From positions 3,288,001 to 3,352,000 of the forward strand of contig CM052817.1 in assembly GCA_028534125.1 (NCBI GenBank): a DNA stretch of 64,000 nt, written 5' to 3'. A program made the position numbers and the translations under genes. The stretch is from Lama glama. Lineage: Eukaryota. This document shows positions 22,851 to 34,690 of this stretch, one piece after another. Within the stretch, counting starts at the first letter, position 1, and each line of letters begins with the position of its first letter. The notes below the pieces were generated by a model. The model was given only the letters and a program-made list of their open reading frames with translations. It was not told where the DNA came from and did not search any database.

Positions 22851-23314
22851 AATACACAAGCCTGAGGTTAAATAAATGTTGGGTCTAAAAGGCCACACAA
22901 CCTTTGATTAAGCCAAAAATGCTCAGAGACACACTTAATTCTAATAGTCACGACTTCCTGCCAATTATCACGGGTTTTTGTGGTTTTGGGGGAGGACAAT
23001 TAGATGCTGGTGCATTCATTGGTTTGAGGGACCCACGAAAAATCAGCTAATGTGGAAAAATATTCCTAAACTCTTTATACAGTATATTAATGTGGCTTTC
23101 AACTTACGGCACTCACTTACACGGCTTTGCTTTGTAACTATGTGTTGAGGGATGAGTGTCTAGTTCTCTCCTAAGATCTGTTTCAGGCTCTGCTGCCTCC
23201 AGGAAGCCCTCCCTGACCACATCAAGTCTCACATAATGTTTTTCAGGCTCCTACTCAACACAGTAGAGAGGACTCCTCTTCCCAGTGTTGTGTCAATCAC
23301 ACCTTCCAACAGCG

Positions 23315-23420
23315 TTCTGAAGTCAGCAGTAAGGACATACCCTTTAGAGACAGAAGCTTGGAGGCTCAGAGAGGGGAAATGAGCAGCCCAGGGACGCACA
23401 GCCAGTTTGTGGCTCACTCA
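23315..23420 (-). mobile_element. MIR fragment
   Basis: gaggctcagagaggggaaatgagcagcccagggacgcacagccagtttgtggc. Confidence 0.6.
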
Positions 23421-23939
23421 CACCACTGCTCATCTCACAACCCTGGCAGAGTAAGCTCTCAGTAATGCCAGCTGATGAATGAATGGGTGAATGGCTGGAC
23501 GGACACACAGATAAAGCAATTCTCTCTGCAGCTGCTGGAATCTGCTAAGTGGAGAAATACAAATCCATTGCCATGGGAAACAGGGAGTTAATATTTTCTC
23601 CAACAGAGCAAACACAGTGTGCCAAATGGAGCTGGATGCCAAGTATTTACCACAGGCCACAGCCTCCGCTGTTGGCATCTTCAGGCCTCATTAGACTCGG
23701 ACCATAGCAGCCTCCTGCACTTTGGTGGGAGTAGTCTGCTCAGATTAGAGAAAGTTCCTTTTCCACCACACTGTTTCCTGGGGTTCAAGCAAGTAAGACA
23801 CCATGGCTGACAGCAGATGTAGCCCTGGGCTATCCCCCGTTGTCCCTACTGGCTTCCAGTGGCCTCCCCACTCCAAATTACAGCCTGACTAGGGAGTGGG
23901 GACTTAACCCTTAGCTGGGCACCACACGGCCGTGTCCTC

Positions 23940-24025
23940 TGCCTGGTATCCTGGCAACACCTCTGGGAGGTAGGTGCCATTACCCCCATTTTACAGATGG
24001 AGAAATGGAGGCACAGAGGAGTTAG
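23940..24025 (-). mobile_element. MIR fragment
   Basis: gaggtaggtgccattacccccattttacagatggagaaatggaggcacagag. Confidence 0.75.
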
Positions 24026-24734
24026 GAGTTCCTACGTTCCTACGTTCCCCAGCAGGATCTGCTCTTAAGTGTTGTCCATGGACCATCGCCTAATCTTTAG
24101 TTCTAGAAGTGCAGGACCACAATCACCCCGTTTTCCTATGAGAAAACTATTGACTCACGAAGGTCACATGGCAGAACAGGGCCTCTGACTCGGAGCCTGC
24201 CACGAACACCCTCACCGTGCAGCCACTGGGAGAGATGCCCTCACCGGGCCGAGCTCTGCGTGCTGACCACTTCCACGTTGGATTTTTCTTCCTCTCTACA
24301 ACACAGCAAAGTGGGCTGGTCTACACGGACCATTCAACTGTCCCAGGGCTGGCCAGGGACAACGTAGGTGGCAGCTGTGGGAGGTGGGGTGTGGTGCCAG
24401 CCGTGGGGGTCTGCCAGGTGAGCAGAGCAGGAGACCAGCAGGGCCAGGAGCTGCCTTTGGGAACCAGCACAAGGTGGGAGGGGACAGTGGTGCCTGCAGG
24501 ATCTGAGATGTGAAGGGACAGGGAGAAGCTGAGACTCCTGAAGAGAAGAGGCCAGGCTGGGGTCCAGCGGGGGTAGGGTTGTTGGGCCCCTCCTGGTGTG
24601 GGGTGGACCAAGCTGGTTTCACGGGCACACGGGCTAGCCATGGCCTGTTTCCTGGGGCTGATGAGACAGTTCAGTGTGGTCAGGCTGTAGGTCACCTGTG
24701 TTGGCCCCTGGGGAGCACACGGTCACTTCCACCT

Positions 24735-24945
24735 GTGTCTGCACCTCTTCTGTGACCACCTCCATCCCCATCTCCAGTCTGTGCCAGCATCTCCCCTGTA
24801 CCTCTGTCTACACTGTCTCCGTCTGTTTCTGTATCAGTAGCTGTATCTGCATCTCCATTTCCAGCTCCAGCTCTGTCTCCAGCTCCAGGACCATCTGTAT
24901 TTCCACCATCAGCTCCCATCTCCTCTCCTGTATCTGCACGCACTA
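24735..24945. repeat. Degenerate 6-mer low-complexity tract (TCTGTA/TCCATC/TCCAGC-like)
   Basis: 6-bp periodic ctgtatctgcatctccatttccagctccagctctgtctccagctcc. Confidence 0.6.
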
Positions 24946-26249
24946 GATTCAAGTCAGCGTCATTACCACCTTCGTATTTCTAGAAGATGATGACACTGTA
25001 CCAAGGCTCTGTTGCTTTATTTCTAAGCAAGTGGTTTCACCACTTTCACTCAGCCGGGAATCCCAAGGCCAGGAACGTGGGGGACGCACGTCTGGATTTT
25101 TTCTCTTTTGAGGTTGGATTTCCCTGCTCTACCAAGTAACAATTTTCCTATTTGGGGCTTCTCAAAAGATGACTAAGATTATATATATAAGGTTATGTAA
25201 AGCATATATTTTTTAAAAATATATTATTAGTTTTTGAATTCCCTAGCCCCTCAGGTGAGTTTGGGCTCCCACGCAGAGACAGGCCTGTGATGTAAGTGCC
25301 AGGATGTTATTACTGGCAGCCTCTCTGCTCGGCTGTTTAATTTTAAAACATGAAATCGGGTGGACCTTGTCCAATAAATGCACTGAGACATGAAGGAGTA
25401 GCCAGATTTTTTTTTCAAAAAAGCAAAATGGCATTTAAATAGGCTGCCCATCCCATGGGTCACTGACATCCTAATGGTTTTATAGTGTTCTTTTCTCCCT
25501 CAATTGCTGAGGCTGAAGAAATAAACCTGTGTATCTCTCCCTGTATCTCGAAATAAACTGGGTCAGTGGGTGGCCTCAGGGCGAAGGGCCAACCTCTCCT
25601 CCTGCACAGTGATCTTGAGCACGAGGGTCAACTGGGCAACCTGGCTTTAAATTTCAGCTTCACCCCTTCTGGCCAAGTGGCCTTGGGCAAGTCCCTTCCT
25701 TTCTCGCACCCCACGCGTGCTCCCTGTCCTCAGGGTGTTATGGGCCAGAAGGGAGACAGACCTGCAAGTGGGAGTCACAGGGAGGGATGCGGTGACAGTA
25801 GGGAAGGCTGCCAGGGGTGGGCCCACAGGTAGAACAACTGGGTTCACGCAGCCCCTTCTTATAAACAGGAGGAACCATTCTGATCAGACCCCTGACCGTC
25901 CCATTTCCACATTTTGACGGCGTTCATTTGCATTCACACACACTGTCCCTTTGAGAACAGAGACTGCTGCTCGGCTCAGGGTTCAGAATTGGTGACCAGC
26001 CTCATGGGGACCAGTATGGCCACAGGATTCTCTTCCCCCACAAGGAGAAGTCGTCCTCAGACGCAAGAGCTAGGGATGGTTTGTGAGCCCTGTGAGGCCT
26101 TGTTCCGACCTCCCCTCTCCCTGTTCCCCTGGAGAGCCCCTCTGCTTCTAACCTCACAACACACGTTCCTTGTTTTGGCGGACACAGGGGCCTCAAGAGC
26201 CAGAGACAGGCTAGAGGCCATCCCCTCACTTTCGAGGATGCAGCTGGTA

Positions 26250-27450
26250 AAATGGGACGATGACAACGCCAGCCGCTCTGGGCTGCCGCACAAGGGCGGA
26301 GCGTCCACCTCGGGTCCAGAGACAGGGAGCTTGATTTCAGGTTCGTCAGACACCCACGCTCGCCGCCGGAGCCCACGCTCCTTCCAAGGAGATCGGGGTG
26401 ACTGCTCTTCCAACGTAATTACAGTGGAGATGAGGAAAATCACTAACCCGCGGGCAGGTGCGCAATTAATGTGAGGAACTTAATTGCGTCTTTGCGGGGG
26501 CAGATCTCCCTGGTCGAGACGTACTTTCAAAAGAGAGAAAGCGGAAGGAGGGGAAATACATCTCCAGATTCCTTCTGTCTCAAGGCACAGAGACACAGTA
26601 AGACAACACAAAGGTCCCCTTTGTCCGTGGGGACACTGGGGTGCAGAGAAGTCTGCTGTCTTGCCCTGGGTCCAGTTCGGGCGTATCTGGCGCGGAGGAA
26701 AGCACTCCAGCCGCAGGGCCCCACGAGGCTCGCCGCCAGTCCTGACCGCCCGCGCCAGCCCGGCGCCCTCGCCCGAAAGCCAGGTGGTCAAACTGCACGT
26801 GCGCCCCACGACCTGGGCGCTCACGGCTTCACGTCCACCAGCAAACAGAGCGACCGACTCGGAGGGAAGCAGGCGGCCACGAACGACGGATAACATCGTC
26901 ACAGATGTGTCGCTGCTTCTATTTTCCCTCCAGGAAAGAGAAAGATAAAAAGGTGAAGGCTACCTACACCTGGGAACCAAGACCAAGAACGGAAGAAAGG
27001 CTCCAGCCGGAGCGCTGGGGGCCACGTGGGCTGGCGGCGGTCATAGCGGAGGGTTGGGCCCCGCTGGGAGAAACAGAGGCCCAGGCCCGCGGCCGCGGGG
27101 GCTGCTGGGGGAAGGGCTCGCCCAGCAGCACAAATCTCAGGGCCCTGGAGAGACACGCGGGGCCTCTCCCAGGGTTCAGGTGAGATGAGGGTCCGGGGCG
27201 AACTAACGCGTGCACGTTGACGCAGCTGCAGGGGCTCTGAGGGGCGGGCGGGCCGCGGGCCGGGTCTGCAGGCATTTATGCAGGAGTTTCCACGGGAGAC
27301 CACGGGCCCTGGCACATGGCCGGAATTGGGTCTGATGAACGCGAGGTTTAGTTCCGGGTCTTGTTCCGCACAGGCTGCCACAGGGCCGGCTTGAGCACTG
27401 AGGCTGGAGCCACTGCAGCCGAAACTGACACCCGGTGGAACATGGGGGAC
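26250..27450. promoter_or_regulatory. Intragenic (orphan) CpG-island-like region
   Basis: Dense CpG, e.g. cctgaccgcccgcgccagcccggcgccctcgcccg, gcccgcggccgcggggg, gggcgggcgggccgcgggccggg; not repeat-derived by eye. Confidence 0.6.
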
Positions 27451-28356
27451 ACAGCCCTCCTGCCCCTGCCCTCCGGCCGCCAGGGTCCTCCCTGAGTCAC
27501 TGAGACGTGCCCAGGACCCCGACTAAGCCTGTGGTCTTTCCCCGGGAGGCCTCCCGGGCCTTCCATGTGAGGTCAGTTCCTCTCCATCATGTCACCAGTT
27601 GTCCTCAGGTCTGAGGCCGGGACCCCAGCAACAGATGAGGACTCCAGCGTGGGACAGTCCTCTGGGAGGTGATCCCAGGAGGTGCCTGTAGAGGAACAGG
27701 GAGGTGGGACGGGAAAGGGTGCATCAGTAAGAATCACGAGGAGAGCTCAGGGCTGCCGGTCCCCTGCAAGATGGCATGGAGCAGGCTGGGAGTCGGGAAG
27801 CTGGGGCAGGGACGCCTCCTCCTGCCCTCCTGGGTGGAGTCTCCTCCAGGTGTTACCTCCCAGCCTGCAGGTACTTCCTGCTGCCTGACAAGCAGCCTGA
27901 ACACAGAGAGCCCTCGGGAGGGGCCTGAGTTGAAGGTGAGGGTCGGGGTTGCATGCTGCGTAGGGGAGGGCGGCTGGAATGAAAGCCCCTGAGGTTGGAG
28001 GTCATGTCCATCTTGTCCTCCACCAAGGTCCACACAGTGGTTGGAGATGCTGGCTATTCAGGGCTATTTGTCTAATTAATGAACAACTGAATGACGTGGC
28101 CTGCAAACCAGGGTTACCCGGGAGCGGCGATGGCCGGCTCGCCACCCACCCCGGGCTGCCTCCTGCTGAGAATACACCAGGCCCCCAGACTCCCCCATCC
28201 TCGTCTGCCTGCCGCCCAGCCAGGCGAGAACCATAGAAAATTGTGTTTCAAAACTGCCCCTCCTCCCAGGTGCATTTATCTGCCTTTTCCACAAAGTTCC
28301 TGGCAGCCCTCAGGCTTCTACATCCCATGACAGTGAATTTTCTGGAAGAGACTGCA

Positions 28357-28778
28357 CAGATCTCCTCTGCCTTTGAAGGTCTGCTTTACGCTACTCCACT
28401 TTTATGAAAGATCCACCTTAGTACCCGTTTTCGCGAACCAAAAGAAATCTGAAGAGGATCTTTCTTTTTACAGAAAAAGAGGTGAAAAGCAAAAATCACA
28501 TTCGATGTGCGTCCTGCAGCGAGCTGTCAGAGGCAGCACGCCCAGGGCAGTGAGAGCTGCACCCCAGCACCACCCAGAAACGACACTCAGCAGCTCAGCA
28601 TCCAGGCCCTCGTCTCCGCCAGAGCTGAGAATCAGGTCTGTCAGCCTCTGTGCTTCGTCCCGAGGTGTTTTGTGCAGGATGTGTCCTAAGGTAATCGCTA
28701 CTTTGCTTTATGCCATATTGGCTCATGGAAGGGTTTGTAGGCACGCTCCCCCCACCCCCGGGATAGCACGGAAACCTA
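28357..28778 (+). mobile_element. Tc1/mariner Tigger-type MITE (Laurasiatherian-type)
   Basis: Degenerate TIRs cagatctcctctgcctttgaa ... ggatagcacggaaaccta followed by TA; internal ttttcgcgaaccaaaagaaatctgaagaggat and gatgtgtcctaaggtaat resemble a recalled Tigger non-autonomous consensus. Confidence 0.65.
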
Positions 28779-28789
28779 TATGGGGTCTG

Positions 28790-28960
28790 GATCTGCCTCT
28801 CCCACTAGGCCGTGACCTAGGGCAAGTCACTGCCCCCGTGAGCCTCAGCTTACCCCTCTATGCAGTGGGATCATGGAAGCACCTGTCTCCTCGGGTCGGG
28901 TGGGGATGAAATATGTCACTTCCTGAGTGCAGGGCCCGGCACGGAGCAAGCCCTCACTGC
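28790..28960 (+). mobile_element. MIR SINE
   Basis: cgtgacctagggcaagtcactgcccccgtgagcctcagcttacccctctatgcagtgggatcat. Confidence 0.75.
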
Positions 28961-31124
28961 GGCAGGAACCACGACTGTGGGTTAATGGAGAAATCCAACC
29001 TTGGATTCTTTGGAGGTGATGGTGTGACCTTTGTAACCCTTGTCAGGGACCCAGCCAGGCAACGAGCTCACCGCGGTCAGGCTCTTGGCTGAGGAGCTGG
29101 GGTGCTCCTGATGTGAAGTGTAGCAAGACGGCCTTGTCCTCCGCTCAGTGTGCCAGGGGTCAGCAGGGTTGGGGGCCCCCCTAGTTTATGAAGCGCCGCG
29201 CAAGTCCCAGGCCTCCCAGAGCCTCCGTCTCCTCATCTGACAATAGCAGCAACCCCACAGGGCTGTGAGGTGGGCCGAACAAGACCCTCCTCTGAGACGC
29301 CCAGCTCTCCTCACAACATCATCCTTTCTCCCCATCCCTAAAGGACCAAACAGCCAGACCAAAGGAAGGAGGCCCGTCAGAACACGGCAAGGTAGGATGT
29401 GGAGTCCTTAGCCACAGAAACCAGCCGTGGGAAGCTGCTGTCTGTCTCTACCACTCTGACCCTCAGTGTCCTCTTCTACAGAACGCCAAGTCATTCACAG
29501 CAGTGCTACTTAGAGTAAATTAGGTCACGTGTACAACAATAAGAGCCCCCACTCGAGTTTTATTCTGTCCCACTACTCTGTGCAGGTACCACTAACCTGT
29601 TGCGCAGGCACTGGTACCCAGGTGCACAGCCCGGCAGCGCTGGAGAGGCAGCGCGGGCCTCTCTGCTCTATAAAGCCCAGCTGTGTCCGCAGCTGCGGGA
29701 CGTCCGCAGCCCCTCGGCCCCTTCCCTGGTCAGCAGGTCCCTCCCTAGGCCAAGTCCCTCTGCCTGGCTCCCCGGGAAGGCCCCCCTTCCAGCCCAAGCC
29801 CTTCCCACCCACATCTACTTCCTTTCTGTGGCTTTGGCCTTTTCGAATGTGGCCCACGAATAATGAATCCCTGTTATAAATTTAGAAAACGGCCCTTCTC
29901 CCTGCAGCTTGGCCTTTCTCTTTATTTTTATCATGCTGGTTTGCAAGAAAACTACTGATCTCTTGAAAACACATTTTTCCCTCAACTGATTTCCTGACAA
30001 CCAAAATTAAGTTGCTAATTTCACAGCATCTGTGCGGAGCCCCACTGGTTGCTGCCCCACGTTGGGAGTTAGGGAAGGGGTGGGGGGGCCCCAGGAGCTT
30101 TCCAGAAAGTTCTAATTCCTGGGGGCTGGGGGCGGGGCGGGGTGCTGTGATGGGAAGGGCCCGGGCCTTGGAGTCAGACACGGGGGGGAGCCCTCCCTGG
30201 GCAGCCCGGGCAAGCGATTCATTTCTCTGGGCTTTTGGTCCCTTATCTGAGCAACACAGAGGCGAGGACGTTCTTTGCAGGCGTCCTGAGGGAGTTTTGT
30301 GACATAAGGACGCAGAGATGGGTGGTGGTGCCAGCACAAAGGGGGCCCCACTGCTTCTGTCTCCTCCCTCCCCGCCTTCATACTTTGGACTTCATAAGGC
30401 ACTAGAAGAACCTTCCGGAACACTCTCTAGAAAGTTTGAACTCCCTCCCCCGTCCACTCTCCCTGGCGGGATTTTGGAGTTGACCTGTGCCTCCAGGGTC
30501 CCTCTGGGTCTGGGTATGCTCCCTTTGCGCCAGGCCTCACCCCTTCCCTTCCTGACCCTTCGCTCCGCCAGGCCTGGGCAGGGGCCAAGGGCACAGGAAA
30601 CGGGCGTCAGTGGGGGATAACCAAAGGGGATGCCCAGAAAGTCACAAAGCCCTGAGCTACAGGGGGCACCAGCCCAGCCCTCTTCACTGGCCCGTCCTCC
30701 CCTCTCCTTCCCCAACCCCCATCCTCACCCTTTCAAGGTCAGCGCCAGAAGCCTTTTCCTGGTGACTTCCCTCATTAATTTAGGCCCTGTCCTTCTCTTG
30801 TCCTGGCAGAGTGACTACCCCCACACTCTACAACATCAGGCTTTCCTTGTCAGCCTCCCCACCCCCGCCTCCAGCCCACCAACTGACACACTCTCAGGCT
30901 CCAAGAGTCTCGAGAACTAGACCCCACCTCAGGCCGCCCACCAGCCCCGCCCGAGTCCTACAGGAGAGCTTTTGCCCAGGGCTCAGCACAGCTCCTGGCA
31001 GCATGAGCGCTGGGTGAGCAAACGAATAAACGGGCTAACGAGTAAATGAATCTGAACAGATGCAACTGTCAACCGTGAAGACCTGTCTGGCTGGAGACTC
31101 TGAGCCACGCCGTGCTCAAGGCTG

Positions 31125-31310
31125 CAGGCTCAGACCATGATCCCACCTCTAACCAGCTGTGTAGTCTTCACAAGTCACTCAGCCCCTCTGTAAAGGGGAG
31201 AGAATACAGCACAATAAAAGAACCCATTTCAAAGGGCTTCACGGTGAGTGTTAAATCATTCACGTGAATGAATTAACACAGGGTGAGAGCTCAATAAATG
31301 GAGTTTGCTA
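31125..31310 (+). mobile_element. MIR SINE
   Basis: atcccacctctaaccagctgtgtagtcttcacaagtcactcagccc...gagctcaataaatg. Confidence 0.65.
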
Positions 31311-31540
31311 TGATGGTAATAATGGTGATGATGATGGTGTGGTGGTGGTGGTGGTGGTGATGGTGATGATAATGGTGGTGGTGATGATGGTGATCATGGT
31401 GGTGGTGATGGTGGTGGTGATGGTGGTGATGGTGATGATAATGGTGGTGGTGGTAATGATAATGGTGGTGGTGATGATGGTGGTGGTGGTGGTGATGGTG
31501 ATATCATAGTGAGGATGATGAGGATGGTGCTGATGGTGCA
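31310..31540. repeat. (GGT/GAT)n trinucleotide repeat, about 230 bp
   Basis: tggtggtggtggtgatggtgatgataatggtggtggtgatg... Confidence 0.95.
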
Positions 31541-33504
31541 GACAGTGCTGGCAGGACGTGCTGGGGGAAGATAAAGGGAGCCACCACTACTCTGGACCTT
31601 TATGTGTCAGCTGCTGTGCCAGCTGTTTTACCATCAAATATCAAAGTTCTGAACATAGTGATGCCTCAGTTCACTGGGTGACCCCAGTAAAGGCTGGGGA
31701 AGGGCACCAGGCTCTCTGGACGTCTCAGTTTCTTTCCTGGGTACATGGGGCAATGTCCCTTGGTCTGGAATTCCTTCACAGGGTTGTCATGCAGCTCAGA
31801 TAAAGAAGCTGAGAGTCGAGTGCAAAGGTTTCCAGACTGCAGAGACCAGAGGCTGCTCTCCTCCCTCCTGAGCCTCAGTTTCCCCGTTTGCACAAGGAGC
31901 TGGCTGATGTTCATGGTCCCCCAGACCCTCCCAGCTGTGAGGTGCTGGGAGCCAAGGGCCCTCGGGGCAACTATTTATTTCTGAGATCAACAGGTTGGGT
32001 GGGCGGGGTGTGGAAGAGGGAAGCTTCATGGGCGTGGCCTGTGCTGGGAATAGCATTTGACCTCTCAGTACTGCTGGTCCCATTTACTGGATAAGGAAGC
32101 TGAGGCTCAGAGAAACGGGGACAGCTGCCAGAGAACATGCAGCAGGCTGGGGGTAGAGATGCACACCCAGGTCCTCCCTGGCTCACGTGGACTAAGCAGG
32201 ACATCGAAAAGCAACCCCGGACACTGTCCTGCGGGGCCCAGCACTGGCCACCCGCAGCTTTGGCGCCTGCGTGTCCTCCTGGCTTCCACAGAGTGTGTTC
32301 CTCATTTTCCGCATTTTCGACTCCAGCCTGTTGGGTTCGCCCTGTGCAATCTTGTGCAGCCCTTGTAAGGGGAGGGCCTGTCCCAAACCACCATGGGCTC
32401 CAAGCTCCCTCTGCTCCCAGCACAGCGAGGGCGGCCTCCTCTCTTCTGTTTGCTTTGGACCCTGAGTGGCTGCATCTGCTGGCCGACTGCACTCAGGAGT
32501 CCTCAAAGGAAGCGGGAGGCCTCCCTGCATCATTAACAGCCCGGTCTGAGCATGCAGCCTGGGGGCCTGGGACCAGCACCAGGCTTGAGCCAGACCACAA
32601 TTTGAATTGCAGTCCTGCCAGCTGTGTGACATGGGGCAGGTCGCCCACCCTCTCTGAGCCTTAAGTTCCCCACTGCCCAGTGGGCTCCATCACAGCCTCA
32701 TGAGATTGCCTCGAGGAAGGGAGGAGACACAACCCAGGGCTTGTGGTTCTCAGCAAACGAGAGTGCCCTTCCCCGGCCCCTCAGTGGGCCACCACCAGGG
32801 TTACAACACGATCACATTCGGACAGCGCTTGGCACAGACCGGGGCTCAGGGAAAGGCACTGCCCACAGGGCCCACGGTCCTGAAGCTGCTGTTTCCCTTG
32901 TCAACACCAGAAGCGGGAGGTCCCTTGCAAGGTGGGTGCACCACTGCGGTCACAGGGGCCCCCACTTTCTAGTCCCTGGGATGGGCCCACACATACCGCC
33001 CCTCCTGTGAGAAAGGCAAGGCCAGCCTGATCATTCCTGTTTCACAGATGAAGATCCTGAGGTTCCAAGAGGCTCAGTGATGTGCCCAGGCCCCCAGCTG
33101 GTCAGGGCTCTAGCAAGGCTGGGGTTTGGGTCTGGGGAAGGCCAGACACCAAGCTCAGCTGTCCATCCAGGGTCAGTGGGCACATCCCAGTGGTGGTTGG
33201 AGCCGGGGAGGGCAGCAGGAGGGAGGAAAGGGTGGCCGAAGGGCACAGCCTCAGAGAAAGCTGGAGGAGGCCTCAGCCTGACAGAAACCTGGCCTGACCT
33301 CCCCCAAGGAGCAGGTGACAGGGGGAGACACCAGCTAGGAAGTCACTCCCCCTAGAACTCTGCTGACTACCAGCCCATCCCTAACTTGGGGGGAGATTAG
33401 CTTTAGAAGACACAAGTACAGGGCAATGTGGTTGCATGTGAATGGGTAAGAGGTAACATCCACAGAGCCCAAACCATGCTCTGGGCATCTCCCAGCGGGC
33501 ACTC

Positions 33505-33575
33505 AACCCTCTCTATGAACAAGATGCGAATGGCCCCATTTTACAGATGTCAAAACTGAGTCTCAGAGAAGCACA
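33505..33575 (-). mobile_element. MIR core fragment
   Basis: ccccattttacagatgtcaaaactgagtctcagagaag. Confidence 0.7.
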
Positions 33576-34019
33576 GGGATGTACGGGGTCAATCTGAGCT
33601 CAGCCTTGTCTCACTCTCCAAGTCCCTGCTTTCTGCTGCATCTTCCTTTAGTCCAAGTGGACCCCAGGGTGCTCTGGGGTCTGAGTTGACGCAGATCCAA
33701 GCAGAGACAGTCCCGATAGTTTCCACCACACCCAGCATCTCATCTGGACAGGCGAGGTCACGGCACCAAGGCTGGAGGTACAGTCCCAGAGCCAACGCAC
33801 AGTCTCCAAGCCCACTGCCCCTGGCCTGTGGGGCCCTGAGCCAGCTGGGCCTCCCCGGCCTCCCTAACGTACCCCATCAACAGGGATAACAGTGCCAGCG
33901 CTGCCTCAAATGACAGCTGTGAGGCACAGAGCAGCTACTGAGCCCAAAGAGCTCAGAGGAGCATGTGGTGCAAGGACTTAACAAATGCTTAATGAACGCC
34001 AGCGGCTACTGCCAAAGGA

Positions 34020-34125
34020 AGGTTCCTTTTACAGATGCAAACACAGAAGCTCTGAGAGGTTAAGTCACGTGCCCAAGGTCACACAGCTGGTATCAGGAAG
34101 AGTCAAACACAGATGGATCTGAATC
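34020..34125 (-). mobile_element. MIR fragment
   Basis: ttttacagatg...gagaggttaagtcacgtgcccaaggtcacacagctggta. Confidence 0.75.
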
Positions 34126-34139
34126 ACAGCAGTCCCTCT

Positions 34140-34690
34140 ACATTTATTCAGTCAACAAGCATGAGATGAGCACCTACTGTGTGCCACACTTTGCGCGAGT
34201 GCCTGGGTATCCAGGGACATGAACGTGCAAAGTGCAGCTGCTGTGACCGCCTGCGGGGAGGACGTGCTCTCATAGGGACCTGGGGACAGAAGCAGCAGAT
34301 ACGATTCACAGTCAAGTGCAGGAAGCTCAGAGCTGCTGTGGGAGCACAGGTGAGGATGCCCCACCCTGACAGCCTCAGGGGCCACCCAGCACCACGGACA
34401 GCCTCCTGGGGGACAGGACATCCACACAGGACTGGAGGGTGAGGACGGGTTACTCAGGCAAGAGGGCATAGGGAACAGCATGAGCTGAGGTCTGGAAAAG
34501 AAAGCCAGCATCGTGTGCTCAGAGAATGTCAAGTAGGTTCAGAGTGGGAGGAGCTTAGAATTGGGGAGGTGGAGACCTTGGTGCAGGATTTGGTTTATAT
34601 CCACAGGTGGGCAAAGGGAAACCAGTGAAAGGATTCACTGGCAGGAGCGTTAGCAAAGTGGGGACGCGCTGGAGGGGGCAGGATGGGCAG
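34140..34690 (-). mobile_element. L2 3' region
   Basis: catttattcagtcaacaagcatgagatgagcacctactgtgtgcc...gggaacagcatgagctgagg...tttggtttatatcc...gggaaaccagtgaaagg. Confidence 0.75.
34385..34405 (+). promoter_or_regulatory. RE1/NRSE (REST binding) motif
   Basis: CCCAGCACCACGGACAGCCTC versus consensus TTCAGCACCACGGACAGCGCC; the central 16 nt (34387-34402) are identical with canonical spacing. Confidence 0.65.

Noticed and set aside
22850..23160. Possible Tigger-like DNA transposon remnant
   Set aside because: AT-rich and begins TACAGT, but I could not identify matching TIRs or a family with confidence.
31264..31509. Val/Met-rich 'membrane protein' ORF
   Set aside because: Translation of a (GGT/GAT)n microsatellite.
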